From sequence record NC_048173.1: a DNA stretch of 64,000 nucleotides; one strand, 5' to 3'. Position numbers and translations under genes: made by a program. The first letter of the stretch is position 1. Every line of letters begins with the position of its first letter. This document shows positions 28,828 through 38,192 of the stretch, in pieces. The notes beneath the pieces are model-generated. The model worked only from the letters and a program-made list of their open reading frames with translations. It searched no databases and was not told the origin of the DNA.

Positions 28828-29880
28828 ATGGACAATTTAGACCATGACCTGGACAAAGATTTCGCCACACTGTCGGAAGACTTCGAAACAGTTCTGGCGC
28901 TTGAGTCCTTAGGCGTTAAACCGAATGACGTCGCTATGTTAACCATCGCCAAACGTTGGGTAGCGCATGAGTATTTCGGTGAAGGTGGGGTGGAGTTAGG
29001 TAAACGGGTAACCAAAGACACGGCAAAACTGGCTTTACGCGGCGCGGTATCCGGTACCAAGAAACTCTCATCACATTTGGCCAATACTTTTATGGAGTGG
29101 GCAAAAGCACGAGATGGTCAGATTCGTGCCAAACTTTCCGATGCCACCTCGAAAGGGGAAGTGTTGAAGAAGCGCGCTCAGAAACTCCAATCCGTGGTGC
29201 TCGGTATGAAGTCGGTTGAGAAACACGACATCAAAACCGGGAGCTGGACTTCAAAAGTTTGTCAGGAAGATAAAGTCAATGTACAAGCATGCATTCAGCT
29301 GGCTCAGGGCCATGCTAATCTCGACGATATTGTGGAAGCCTACACCGTATACACCAAGTCCGTTTTGGATGGGCCGGCCAAGCGTAAAGGTGATCAGCTC
29401 GAGAAACTCGGCCACTCCTCCGCTAGCGCTGTAAAACGCGCAGCGGGTATTCTGGGCATCGTGCAAACCAAAGCGGTATCGGCTTACCCTTTACCCGGCA
29501 ACGTCATTGTGGTTGTCTCTAACCCAGAGACCCACACAGAGCGCGTCCAGTTCGCTGTGGCACGTGATGGTGAGTACGGGGAGACTATCCCCTCGCTATC
29601 AGTGCAGCAGTGTAAAGAAGCACTGAATGCGGCTGAGGCGATAAGTAAAGCTATCTACCAGCGTGGAACGAAACGGGGTGTATTCTCGTACAGCGGTATT
29701 TACGACAACATCCAATCTCTTGAGAGCCAGTTAGACCGCGACGATTTGTCTAACCGCCAGATTCACGAGATTACCCAGCGCTATAAAAACGCCATTGAAG
29801 TAGAAGACGCTATTACTACTGCATTGGTTCGTGTCGCTGAAGGGTTGTTGGATTATGTCCAGCACTCAGCGAAATCTTAA
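28828..29880 (+). CDS. Putative internal head (ejection/inner-body-type) protein
   Basis: Acidic propeptide ending LALES, typical of phiKZ-type head-protease substrates; TATG upstream; own terminator. Confidence 0.6.
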   Translation: MDNLDHDLDKDFATLSEDFETVLALESLGVKPNDVAMLTIAKRWVAHEYFGEGGVELGKRVTKDTAKLALRGAVSGTKKLSSHLANTFMEWAKARDGQIRAKLSDATSKGEVLKKRAQKLQSVVLGMKSVEKHDIKTGSWTSKVCQEDKVNVQACIQLAQGHANLDDIVEAYTVYTKSVLDGPAKRKGDQLEKLGHSSASAVKRAAGILGIVQTKAVSAYPLPGNVIVVVSNPETHTERVQFAVARDGEYGETIPSLSVQQCKEALNAAEAISKAIYQRGTKRGVFSYSGIYDNIQSLESQLDRDDLSNRQIHEITQRYKNAIEVEDAITTALVRVAEGLLDYVQHSAKS

Positions 29881-29884
29881 TTAG

Positions 29885-29910
29885 AGGGGCTTCGGCCCCT
29901 TTATTTTTTT
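29885..29910 (+). terminator. Rho-independent terminator
   Basis: AGGGGC-TTCG-GCCCCT plus T tract. Confidence 0.8.
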
Positions 29911-29931
29911 AATACGTAAGGATGTCCTAAT

Positions 29932-30408
29932 ATGGGCGAAATACGCGATGTTGAATTCGTGGTGTTTACGGATATGGACAGTGGTCTATATCGCCAACTG
30001 GAACCTCAGCTTTTGGTATTGCAAGCAGAGTTAACCAAACAAGAACTGGCATCAGTTTTTGCGGCGATGGGGATTGAACCGAGGGATATACCGCTGCCTC
30101 CGGCAAAACCGGATTGGTGGAAAGGTTCTTTATTGGTCGCGTATAACGCCGATCGTGTCCATGGGTTTGTCAGCCTTCGCAAGGACAGTGTGGAAACACA
30201 AGCGAAGATTAACAACCTCATTGTGCACCAAGAGTCTCGTGGGTTTGGGATAGCGTCTGAGTTAATGACTCGGGCGACTGAACAAGCACAAGGCGAAGGC
30301 TATACCAGCATAGTTTTAGAAGTGATGCATGACAATCCTGCGGCAGAAGCATTATACCGGAAGCTCGGCTTTGTTTTTCTGACCAAAAAGATGTGCAAAC
30401 TATTCTAA
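29932..30408 (+). CDS. GNAT family acetyltransferase (RimI-like)
   Basis: LIVHQESRGFGIASELM and NPAAEALYRKLGF. Confidence 0.9.
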   Translation: MGEIRDVEFVVFTDMDSGLYRQLEPQLLVLQAELTKQELASVFAAMGIEPRDIPLPPAKPDWWKGSLLVAYNADRVHGFVSLRKDSVETQAKINNLIVHQESRGFGIASELMTRATEQAQGEGYTSIVLEVMHDNPAAEALYRKLGFVFLTKKMCKLF

Positions 30409-30467
30409 AATACAATTAAAACAATTACTTACCGTAGTATGGATACTCGAGCATAGGAGTTTTTGGT

Positions 30468-31100
30468 ATGACAACTATTAAAAACGCCGTTGCTGGCGAA
30501 GGACGTCGCTACACCTTTAAAGTTAAGCGTTATTCGCTACCGGTTCATCTAGGTTGGTCGGCAGTCCGCATGTGGGGGCGTATTTGGAATCTTCCGCCCG
30601 GACTGACCCGACACCTTGAAGTGGAGTACATCGACCGTATTTTCAGAGACGGCGACTCTTCACAACTCCGGAACTTCATCAGCGTTTGTGCCCTGCGCCC
30701 GACCGGCCAGTCAACAGACGCAACGAAGCCCGGTGTATATTGGGATGGTGCCAATCTTTTCCATGTTGGCCAGAAATGTTCTAAACCCCGTGTGACGGAA
30801 GTCTATGTTGAGACAGCAAAACAACGCTTCATTGGCATCGAGATCGCTCTCGAGAAAGATGGGCAAGAGTTCTGCTACCAACTGCTTACGGATAAGGACG
30901 TGGATATTCGTACCTTCTACAAATATCTTTTATTTCAGAAGCACCGTATTTCGGTGCGCGGCGTAACGGGTGCCTTTGGTCACTTTGCCTCGTTACGTTT
31001 TGGACGTGACAAGCGTTTGGAGGATGAATGTATTACCACGAAATTAGACGGCTCACTGCTGCACTCTCCGCAGCAACAACGGCAAAAGATAACAGCCTAG
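30468..31100 (+). CDS. Hypothetical protein
   Basis: 210 aa, AGGAG RBS. Confidence 0.75.
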   Translation: MTTIKNAVAGEGRRYTFKVKRYSLPVHLGWSAVRMWGRIWNLPPGLTRHLEVEYIDRIFRDGDSSQLRNFISVCALRPTGQSTDATKPGVYWDGANLFHVGQKCSKPRVTEVYVETAKQRFIGIEIALEKDGQEFCYQLLTDKDVDIRTFYKYLLFQKHRISVRGVTGAFGHFASLRFGRDKRLEDECITTKLDGSLLHSPQQQRQKITA

Positions 31101-31399
31101 CCGATGTCAAGTCCGCGTTAGAAGCCATTGAGAACCCACCGCTTGTGATTCTGCAAGAACGCAAGGTTGGTCGGTCTACTCAGGCGCATCTGCGGGTCGC
31201 CATCGGTAACGACTGTTTCCACTTGCGCTGCGTTATCAGTGAACTTGCGTTTGCTGTGATGCGCTCCAGTGTGAGCATTGACGGTACGAGAAAAGAGTGG
31301 TGCTGGAATAACAAACCAGCGGATTTTAAATTCGATGCGACAGAAGACGAACGTCAAACGATGCACGAGTTTATCACCGCAATCATTAACGCGTTATAG
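31028..31399 (+). CDS. Hypothetical protein overlapping the upstream gene by 73 nt
   Basis: GGAGG RBS before ATG 31028. Confidence 0.7.
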   Translation: MYYHEIRRLTAALSAATTAKDNSLADVKSALEAIENPPLVILQERKVGRSTQAHLRVAIGNDCFHLRCVISELAFAVMRSSVSIDGTRKEWCWNNKPADFKFDATEDERQTMHEFITAIINAL

Positions 31400-31407
31400 G
31401 TGTTGTT

Positions 31408-32010
31408 ATGATTTTAGAATCTCTTTTGCGAATTACTAGTTCACGGTTCAGGAAAAACGGAAAGTTACCCCCACACGTAACTATCCGCCGACACGGATTT
31501 GAGCGCAAGTACCACCTGCAAACCATTGTGGCGATTGCTTCCCGTTTAGCGGGTAAGAAGCGCACCATTGGTATCAAAAACGAAGAGAACGCAGCCTGCA
31601 TGGTGCGTATCGCCAGTCGTGAGATTTACAAGTACCGTAAACAGTCGCCGGTTGCTTGCTGGGCATTACGTGATGTTGAGAAGACACCACTGCCTGCTAC
31701 CGCTCGGGTGGTTGACTTGCGTGAACCGCATTACAATGTTGACGGGCTGGTGCTTGATCGTTTGCTGCGTGTTATAAGCGGCGACCAATCGGGCGACTGC
31801 TCCCAACAGCACGGTGTCGCCACAGTGCAGAAGCTGCTGGAAACCGACATCATCATCGTTAACACACCGTTAGAATCCGCACGTATGCAAGACTACCTTG
31901 CGCGCCGTGTACTCAAACCGGTTGTGGTAACAGGGGAAGAAATCGCGGGTTACTACGACGCACCGGTTACAGCGGGTGAGTGGGGTAAGCCGACAGTGGC
32001 GTACGGTTAA
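31408..32010 (+). CDS. Hypothetical protein
   Basis: 200 aa, AGGT RBS. Confidence 0.75.
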   Translation: MILESLLRITSSRFRKNGKLPPHVTIRRHGFERKYHLQTIVAIASRLAGKKRTIGIKNEENAACMVRIASREIYKYRKQSPVACWALRDVEKTPLPATARVVDLREPHYNVDGLVLDRLLRVISGDQSGDCSQQHGVATVQKLLETDIIIVNTPLESARMQDYLARRVLKPVVVTGEEIAGYYDAPVTAGEWGKPTVAYG

Positions 32011-32014
32011 TCAA

Positions 32015-32662
32015 ATGCAGAAACCTTTTGTAATTGCGATTGGTGGTCCCGACTATGGCGGGAAATCCACGTTTTGCAAGAAGTCCACAGAGCTGTTAGC
32101 GGCAGCTGGGTATAAAGCGGTTACTATCGGCTTTCCCAGCACCTCTGAATTAGGCTTAGCTGCCCGCGCGTCTATTCGTGCGAGTGAACCGCCTGAAGTA
32201 CAGGCCGCTAAACTGATTGCGGACTTCAAGCATCATTTGAATACGTTTGGGCAAAGCGATGCAGATGTGATTTTCCTTGACCATTTCGTCATCTCGACGA
32301 TTATGTATCAGGGCGAAGCAGGAAAAGCTGCAGTCTTTAATAGCGCGATACTGCGTCACAACTACGCCCCCTCGGTCTTCGTGGAAATCACGTGTGACTA
32401 CGAAACCATGCTAGCTCGTGCTAAGCAGCGTTTCGAAGAGAAGGGTGAAACGTGGGACGACGTGTTGACCGCGAAATATACCTCTACTCCGGAGAACTGG
32501 GACGCATTAGTGCAGCGAAGTGAATTCGCCCACCGGATTGTTACTGACTCAGGCGAACGTCGGGATTGGATTCGTTTAAATCCCCACTGGCAAACCAGCG
32601 ATGCAATGCAACTGGTTCTGAAGTTGGTCAATACGTTTGAGCACGAACGCCAGCCGGCTTAA
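32015..32662 (+). CDS. tmk: Thymidylate kinase-like dNMP kinase
   Basis: P-loop GGPDYGGKST; FLDHFVISTIMYQG corresponds to the DRY..S..AYQG motif. Confidence 0.75.
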   Translation: MQKPFVIAIGGPDYGGKSTFCKKSTELLAAAGYKAVTIGFPSTSELGLAARASIRASEPPEVQAAKLIADFKHHLNTFGQSDADVIFLDHFVISTIMYQGEAGKAAVFNSAILRHNYAPSVFVEITCDYETMLARAKQRFEEKGETWDDVLTAKYTSTPENWDALVQRSEFAHRIVTDSGERRDWIRLNPHWQTSDAMQLVLKLVNTFEHERQPA

Positions 32663-32668
32663 GATGCA

Positions 32669-32690
32669 CGTCCTGACTTCGGTCAGGACG
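32669..32690 (+). terminator. Terminator hairpin
   Basis: CGTCCTGAC-TTCG-GTCAGGACG. Confidence 0.7.
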
Positions 32691-32706
32691 ACATCAATTA
32701 TTTTTT

Positions 32707-32729
32707 CAGATATATTTTATTTTGATGAA
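32707..32729 (+). promoter_or_regulatory. Putative early promoter, copy 3 (upstream of the GNAT trio)
   Basis: CAGATATATTTTATTTTGATGAA aligns without gaps to copies 1 and 2. Confidence 0.6.
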
Positions 32730-32777
32730 AATAACATGACAAAGTTATGCTATGCCGAAGAACCGTGGAGTAATAAA

Positions 32778-33635
32778 ATGAAGACCGTGGAATTAACCTT
32801 GTCGCATTTACATCGCAGCGAATGGATTAAACAATTGAATGCGATGTCAGAACAATACCCCGTTCGCAAGACGTTACTGGACATGAAAAAGAAAGACGTC
32901 AAAATTGCTATTCAGGTGAACGACGATAATAAACTGATGGCATTCCTTGCGTTAATCCCAACCGGTGTCCCGGGTGACTGTATGGGGCTGTGCTTCGGTA
33001 ATGCGCCGGGTGCGACGCCGAGCTTTGCAGAGGAAGCCATGCGCCTGTTCGACTTCAAAGTCCTGCGCATGCAAGTACCGCAGAAACATTTCCACCCTGA
33101 GGCAGAGCGCCTTGGCATCATGAAGAATTTCAATCTGCTCCATCGTCGCCTTCCTCCAGTAGGAGAAGCACCGGTAGGGACAGAACTGATTAGCGGCGAA
33201 GTCTTCCAAACCTTATCAGGTGAAGATATCGTTGCCGTGCGCGACCTCCTTACCTACGCCGTGAGTGTAGAAGAGAAGTTCGACAAACTGGGCCGCGACC
33301 ATCTCAGTCACTATAACAGCCAGCATGTCTTAAACCGCATGGACGACTTGGGCTTCTTTGCTCTGGTCTACCGTGTTGAGGGCAAAGTGTCAGGCTTGAT
33401 TACCGCACAGGCTGGTTGTGAGTGGGTCGAGATAAACGGACTGGCTGTTGCGCAAGAGCATCAGCGTAAAGGTATTGGCAGTAAATTAGTAAATGGGCTG
33501 ATTCATCTGGTCAAAGAGTATTACGACCAGCATGCGGCCATGGTATTCACCAACAACCTCCCGTCGTTGGCGTTATTCGAAAAACTAGGATTCGTTGAAG
33601 AGTCCGCACTATTCATGAAAATCGTTGAGGATTAA
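32778..33635 (+). CDS. Tandem-GNAT acetyltransferase 1
   Basis: GGAG RBS at ATG 32778; C-terminal GNAT with LAVAQEHQRKGIGSKL and NNLPSLALFEKLGF; degenerate N-terminal GNAT-like half. Confidence 0.85.
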   Translation: MKTVELTLSHLHRSEWIKQLNAMSEQYPVRKTLLDMKKKDVKIAIQVNDDNKLMAFLALIPTGVPGDCMGLCFGNAPGATPSFAEEAMRLFDFKVLRMQVPQKHFHPEAERLGIMKNFNLLHRRLPPVGEAPVGTELISGEVFQTLSGEDIVAVRDLLTYAVSVEEKFDKLGRDHLSHYNSQHVLNRMDDLGFFALVYRVEGKVSGLITAQAGCEWVEINGLAVAQEHQRKGIGSKLVNGLIHLVKEYYDQHAAMVFTNNLPSLALFEKLGFVEESALFMKIVED

Positions 33636-33638
33636 TAG

Positions 33639-34508
33639 ATGGAATATGTACAGTTAGATGTTACGAGTGAAGCACCAATGCCCCTGTTCTCAGAAGAGAT
33701 GCAACATCTCATTTATGGCATGGCCATGCAGGGTGGTCTGGTGTTCTTCGCACGTGATGAAGAAGCCGAAGAAGTTAAAGGCGTTCTTGGCGTGTTTCAG
33801 TCACATTTCCCGGGCGTGATTGAAGTGGGCATGATGTACACATTCGGTGATAATGTGGATGGTGTCATTACGCGTGAGTTCATTGACTTTATCATGAAAG
33901 CCACCGGTGCGAAAGTGATACGTTGTCAGCTCAGTGATGACCCGAGTCGGGAACTGGTTGCAGGTCTGGGCTTTACTCACGAGTCGACCATTCAAGGTAT
34001 CGATTTGGGTGAGCCGGTGGAGCAGGCGACAGAGGGTGTTATCAGTATTGCCGGTAAAGGTTTTGATTACCTCAATATCGAGCAGCGTAATCAACTGCGT
34101 CATCTGATTCGCCTGGGTGCAGAAGATGAGTCGAGCTACACGCCGAACCTGCACATTCCAAGCGACAGCGACATTGACACTATCTTCTCTGATATTGCCG
34201 AGTCGAAATATGACGTGTACGTGCGTCTGGAAGAGGATGCAGTTATCGCCCTGTTGATGATTGACCCGTCCAATCCGCAGTCTGCAGTTATCGGTTCGGT
34301 GGTGGTGCATCCTGACCATCGCTTAAAGGGTATCGGCCGTATGCTGGTCGCACAGGCTGTCTCTGACTACGGTGATGCCGAGCGTTTAGTGCTGGCGGTG
34401 ACCTTGCAATCCACACCGCATCTGCGTGAGTTCTTCGGTAACTGTGGATTGATTCCAGTTGCCACCGTGCACAAATTTGCCTCAGACGAGGTGCAGGAGG
34501 TCGCATGA
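33639..34508 (+). CDS. Tandem-GNAT acetyltransferase 2
   Basis: VVVHPDHRLKGIGRMLV and EFFGNCGL; N-half ends AGLGF. Confidence 0.85.
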   Translation: MEYVQLDVTSEAPMPLFSEEMQHLIYGMAMQGGLVFFARDEEAEEVKGVLGVFQSHFPGVIEVGMMYTFGDNVDGVITREFIDFIMKATGAKVIRCQLSDDPSRELVAGLGFTHESTIQGIDLGEPVEQATEGVISIAGKGFDYLNIEQRNQLRHLIRLGAEDESSYTPNLHIPSDSDIDTIFSDIAESKYDVYVRLEEDAVIALLMIDPSNPQSAVIGSVVVHPDHRLKGIGRMLVAQAVSDYGDAERLVLAVTLQSTPHLREFFGNCGLIPVATVHKFASDEVQEVA

Positions 34509-35395
34509 TAGTAGCCGGGCACAAATCCGATATTCCTGCCGTCGTGTGGGAAAGTGCTATCAAAAAGATGCCGGACGAAATTGTTCGGCAGTCCCGTCAC
34601 GCTAACATCAAGTTCATTATTGAAACTGATGACGATGGCGAGGTGGTTGCGTTTGCCGTCGGTGAAACCATGACGGTGTATTATGTCATGGCAGGTATCT
34701 ACACTGTCGACGACTGCCCGAGCCCGAATTTCATGGCGGAAGGTATGCGTCAACTGGGGTTAAAGGTCGCTACGCTGTCAGTAGAGTCTGACGATGAAGT
34801 GTTTAAAGAGATAGGCTTTGTTGTCGCCAATCGCCTTTACGCTTCTACGCCAGAAGTGCCGCTTGATACACCGGCCTTTGTTACCAGCATGGATCTCGTG
34901 CCAGAGTGTGATTGGCCGAAATACGAAATGCTGATGGCGATGGACTTAGAAGTTCATAAACCGACAGAAGACGGTCGGGGATATGAAGCACCGTGTCGTG
35001 AACTGTTTAAGAAAATCAAAGCCAATCCTGAATTGGCAGTGGTGAAACTGAAAGACGGACGACTGCATGGCATCATGATGATGATGAAGTCATTGATGCG
35101 CCCTGACGACTGTACACCGCTGTTACAGGCCGATCTTTACGTCCCGCAGGCATTGTTAGCCTTACCGAGTGAACCCGGTGAGTTAACCATTCCTGATGAA
35201 TTGCTGCATTACGCTACTCGACTGTTAGAGTCGCAAAATAAGCGCATGGTCATCCAGTCTGAACGGGAAGACGGTGAAATTTATTTACGAGATGTGCTGA
35301 AATACCAATATATTTACAGCACGTGCCAGTATTACGTCCAGGAAGAGGACGAACTGGTTGAAGCAACCGCAGATGCTATGGACGACCCATCCTGA
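34505..35395 (+). CDS. Degenerate tandem-GNAT paralog 3
   Basis: N-half aligns with paralog 1 (PNFMAEGMRQLGLKV vs PSFAEEAMRLFDFKV; KEIGF); lacks the R/Q-x-x-G-x-G motif. Confidence 0.6.
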   Translation: MIVAGHKSDIPAVVWESAIKKMPDEIVRQSRHANIKFIIETDDDGEVVAFAVGETMTVYYVMAGIYTVDDCPSPNFMAEGMRQLGLKVATLSVESDDEVFKEIGFVVANRLYASTPEVPLDTPAFVTSMDLVPECDWPKYEMLMAMDLEVHKPTEDGRGYEAPCRELFKKIKANPELAVVKLKDGRLHGIMMMMKSLMRPDDCTPLLQADLYVPQALLALPSEPGELTIPDELLHYATRLLESQNKRMVIQSEREDGEIYLRDVLKYQYIYSTCQYYVQEEDELVEATADAMDDPS

Positions 35396-35474
35396 GCACT
35401 TCCGTTTAACCTAGCGGAACTGTGAGGAATTAATTCCTTCAAGCTATGCGCAATAATCCCATTATGGAGTAACC

Positions 35475-35741
35475 ATGAGTCAGAATATTAACCGCAAAGT
35501 CAGTGCCAAGAAAGATGTGTACTATGCCGTGGATGAGGTCGTTCGCGGGGTGATTGACAAGTCTGGTGTCTTACACCTCGCAGTGGCCGACGAGGTTTCA
35601 CGTGCAGACCGTCGCATGTTGAAACAGTTGGTCATCAAGGCAAAGCACCGCGACGGTGTTCGTAGCGTCAAGGAAATTCCCGGCACTACAATGGAATTGG
35701 TGGACGGTGAGATTCACGTAAGACGTACCGCGGCAGCATAA
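35475..35741 (+). CDS. Hypothetical protein
   Basis: GGAG RBS, 88 aa. Confidence 0.75.
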   Translation: MSQNINRKVSAKKDVYYAVDEVVRGVIDKSGVLHLAVADEVSRADRRMLKQLVIKAKHRDGVRSVKEIPGTTMELVDGEIHVRRTAAA

Positions 35742-35792
35742 CGCTGTCTACGAACGCCGGTGGCGGTAGTAACGTCACTCAAGGGGGTTCGT

Positions 35793-35948
35793 ATGTCTGT
35801 AGCTATCCTGACGGGTGCATTAATCTCCGCGTTCGTATGGGAGTGCATGACTTGGTTTTTTCGACTGGGCGGCATTCCCGTACTTCAGCGTGTAGGTATG
35901 ATGGGGGTCTGGGTCGGTTTCTATTATGCCCTGTTCCACATCGATTAA
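35793..35948 (+). CDS. Small two-TM membrane protein
   Basis: AAGGGGG RBS; two hydrophobic stretches. Confidence 0.65.
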   Translation: MSVAILTGALISAFVWECMTWFFRLGGIPVLQRVGMMGVWVGFYYALFHID

Positions 35949-35980
35949 TAATAAGTTGATTCCTCTGGGAGTAGAGAATC

Positions 35981-36169
35981 ATGTCGTTTAACGTAGCAAT
36001 TGTACCACAACGTAAATTTGGTGCCGCACGGCGGGTTAGTGCCATCCAGCTTTACGCACAGCGCAACAATCTCGACTACAACGTAGCAGCAAGTCAGCTG
36101 GCGGACACGCCTCTCAACGATATCCTTCGTGAGCTCGGTCTTTTACCGAAAGAAGAAGCTGCAGTTTGA
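35981..36169 (+). CDS. Hypothetical 62-aa protein
   Basis: GGAG RBS; terminator downstream. Confidence 0.7.
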   Translation: MSFNVAIVPQRKFGAARRVSAIQLYAQRNNLDYNVAASQLADTPLNDILRELGLLPKEEAAV

Positions 36170-36176
36170 TTTAGTG

Positions 36177-36212
36177 GGCGTCCTCTTCGGGGGACGTCAT
36201 TTTATCTTTTTT
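36177..36212 (+). terminator. Rho-independent terminator
   Basis: GGCGTCCTC-TTCG-GGGGACGTC plus T tract. Confidence 0.75.
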
Positions 36213-36229
36213 ATTTGGAGTAATCAGAA

Positions 36230-36670
36230 ATGTTAAGAAGCGTATATTTGGAAGACCAGCTAATGGCACACGGTGCACAGGGACATCAGGTCGATGACTT
36301 CCTGAAGAAAGCCCGCATTATTTATCGTAAGAACAAACGTAAGCAGTCTGCTGCTACCCACGTGAACTGCGAGTGGCAGTGGGATGTTAAAATCGGGCAC
36401 GGGAAGAATACCATTGCATACCGTTTACTGGACATCGACGTACTGTTACGTGGCACAACTATTGTCATGTCCCACGATACCACTTTCGACTCTTTCGATG
36501 CTATTCAGTTAGTGATTCGCAACACCACCTTGCGTGATATTGACCAGCTGAATATTTACCCGCCACGTTACGATGCCAAACGTAAACAGTATTACGTCCG
36601 TGTTTCGGCAAAACCGAACTCTTTTGTTTATAAAAGCGGCGCCCGGTTGTACTTGCGCTTTAGCAAATAA
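36230..36670 (+). CDS. Hypothetical protein, possibly related to the tail paralog domain
   Basis: GGAG RBS; VRVSAKPNSFVYKSGARLYL resembles the family motif. Confidence 0.7.
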   Translation: MLRSVYLEDQLMAHGAQGHQVDDFLKKARIIYRKNKRKQSAATHVNCEWQWDVKIGHGKNTIAYRLLDIDVLLRGTTIVMSHDTTFDSFDAIQLVIRNTTLRDIDQLNIYPPRYDAKRKQYYVRVSAKPNSFVYKSGARLYLRFSK

Positions 36671-36731
36671 AAAATACATTAGTGCGCAAACTTATGCGCA
36701 CTAAACACTTTATTTTTTTGTGGAGTAACTC

Positions 36732-37154
36732 ATGAATATCGAGCAGTTTGTCGTTCGTGCCCGTCAGGCCGATAATAACGAACCGAATAAAACCACGGAG
36801 CGAAAACTGGCGTTAGAATTTGCAGCGCACGTTAACTTTATTACCACGACCGATTACAGTCGTACTCGTGCTACCGAACACGCAGAAGCTGCTTTACGTA
36901 TTATCGTGATGCTCGGCATTCGCCTGGGGTTAACCGACGACGATTTAGAGCACGGTTTGTATAATCCCGCAACGAGCGATGGGGTATTAGTGCAGGCCGG
37001 ATTCAGTAGTGTTGCCGCTGCTTTTGATTCGGTGGTAGGTCATCAAGAACCGTTGCGGTGTTGGTTACATGCCGTTGCTACTTTCAAAGCAGTGTTGGGT
37101 ATTCGCAGCATCGGCTTCGATAAAGCATTAACCGATTTTCTTATCCCGGCTTAA
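36732..37154 (+). CDS. Hypothetical helical protein
   Basis: GGAG RBS, 140 aa. Confidence 0.75.
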   Translation: MNIEQFVVRARQADNNEPNKTTERKLALEFAAHVNFITTTDYSRTRATEHAEAALRIIVMLGIRLGLTDDDLEHGLYNPATSDGVLVQAGFSSVAAAFDSVVGHQEPLRCWLHAVATFKAVLGIRSIGFDKALTDFLIPA

Positions 37155-37163
37155 GGAGCAATC

Positions 37164-38192
37164 ATGGAACAGTATCAAGATTTAATGACTCGCGTAATGA
37201 GCGAAGGCGTGCCGAAGAAAGACCGTACGGGAACCGGTACCCTGTCTATTTTCGGGCACCAGATGCGTTTCAATCTGCAAGAAGGCTTTCCGCTGGTAAC
37301 GACTAAGCGCTGTCACATGCGTTCGATTATTCACGAACTGCTGTGGTTCCTGAAAGGCGATACCAATGTCAAATATTTAAATGATAATGGTGTAACTATT
37401 TGGGACGAATGGAAGAACAAAGATGGCGACCTCGGACCGGTATACGGTAAACAGTGGCGGTCTTGGCCTGTTATCCGTGCTGTGCCTTACGAACAGTTCA
37501 ACGAATTAACTGCTGCCGGTTATGAAGACCTCGATGCCGGCACGTGGAGCATGGATGAAAATTGCTCGCTTTATTTTGTCCGAACTCAGATCGACCAAAT
37601 CTCCAAGGCCATGGACCAGTTGAAAAACGACCCGGATAACCGTCGTATCATCGTGTCGGCATGGAACGTAGCTGACCTCGACGAAATGGCTTTAGCACCG
37701 TGCCACGCATTCTTCCAGTTCTACACGCGTGAACTGACACATGAAGAACGTGAGCAGTGGCTGGACGAACACCGTCCCGGCGAGTGGGCAAAGATACAAC
37801 GCCTGTGCGGTATTGACCCTGAGACAGGTTACCACGACATCTTCGACTCTGAGGGTGTTCCTGACCGTCAGTTATCGTGTCAGCTTTATCAACGCAGCGC
37901 CGATGTGTTCTTAGGGGTGCCGTTTAATATTGCGTCATACGCTTTGTTGATCCACATGTTTGCACAGCAGGCTAACATGACCGTGGGTGATTTCGTCTGG
38001 TCTGGTGGTGACGTACATCTGTACAATAACCATCTGGAACAAACCCGTACCCAGTTAGGTCGTGCCCCGCGTCCGTTACCTAAGCTGATTATCAAACGTA
38101 AGCCAGACTCCATCTTCGAATATAAGTTTGAAGACTTCGAACTTGAAGGCTACGACCCGCATCCTGCAATCAAAGCACCGGTCGCGATATGA
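37164..38192 (+). CDS. thyA: Thymidylate synthase ThyA with two insertions
   Basis: [56 protein letters not shown]-terminal IKAPVAI. Confidence 0.97.
   Translation: MEQYQDLMTRVMSEGVPKKDRTGTGTLSIFGHQMRFNLQEGFPLVTTKRCHMRSIIHELLWFLKGDTNVKYLNDNGVTIWDEWKNKDGDLGPVYGKQWRSWPVIRAVPYEQFNELTAAGYEDLDAGTWSMDENCSLYFVRTQIDQISKAMDQLKNDPDNRRIIVSAWNVADLDEMALAPCHAFFQFYTRELTHEEREQWLDEHRPGEWAKIQRLCGIDPETGYHDIFDSEGVPDRQLSCQLYQRSADVFLGVPFNIASYALLIHMFAQQANMTVGDFVWSGGDVHLYNNHLEQTRTQLGRAPRPLPKLIIKRKPDSIFEYKFEDFELEGYDPHPAIKAPVAI

Noticed and set aside
37164-38192. ThyA as a base-modifying hydroxymethylase, or insertions as introns/inteins
   Set aside because: The Asn specificity residue is retained; the inserts are in frame, short, and lack intein (C...HN) or homing-endonuclease motifs.
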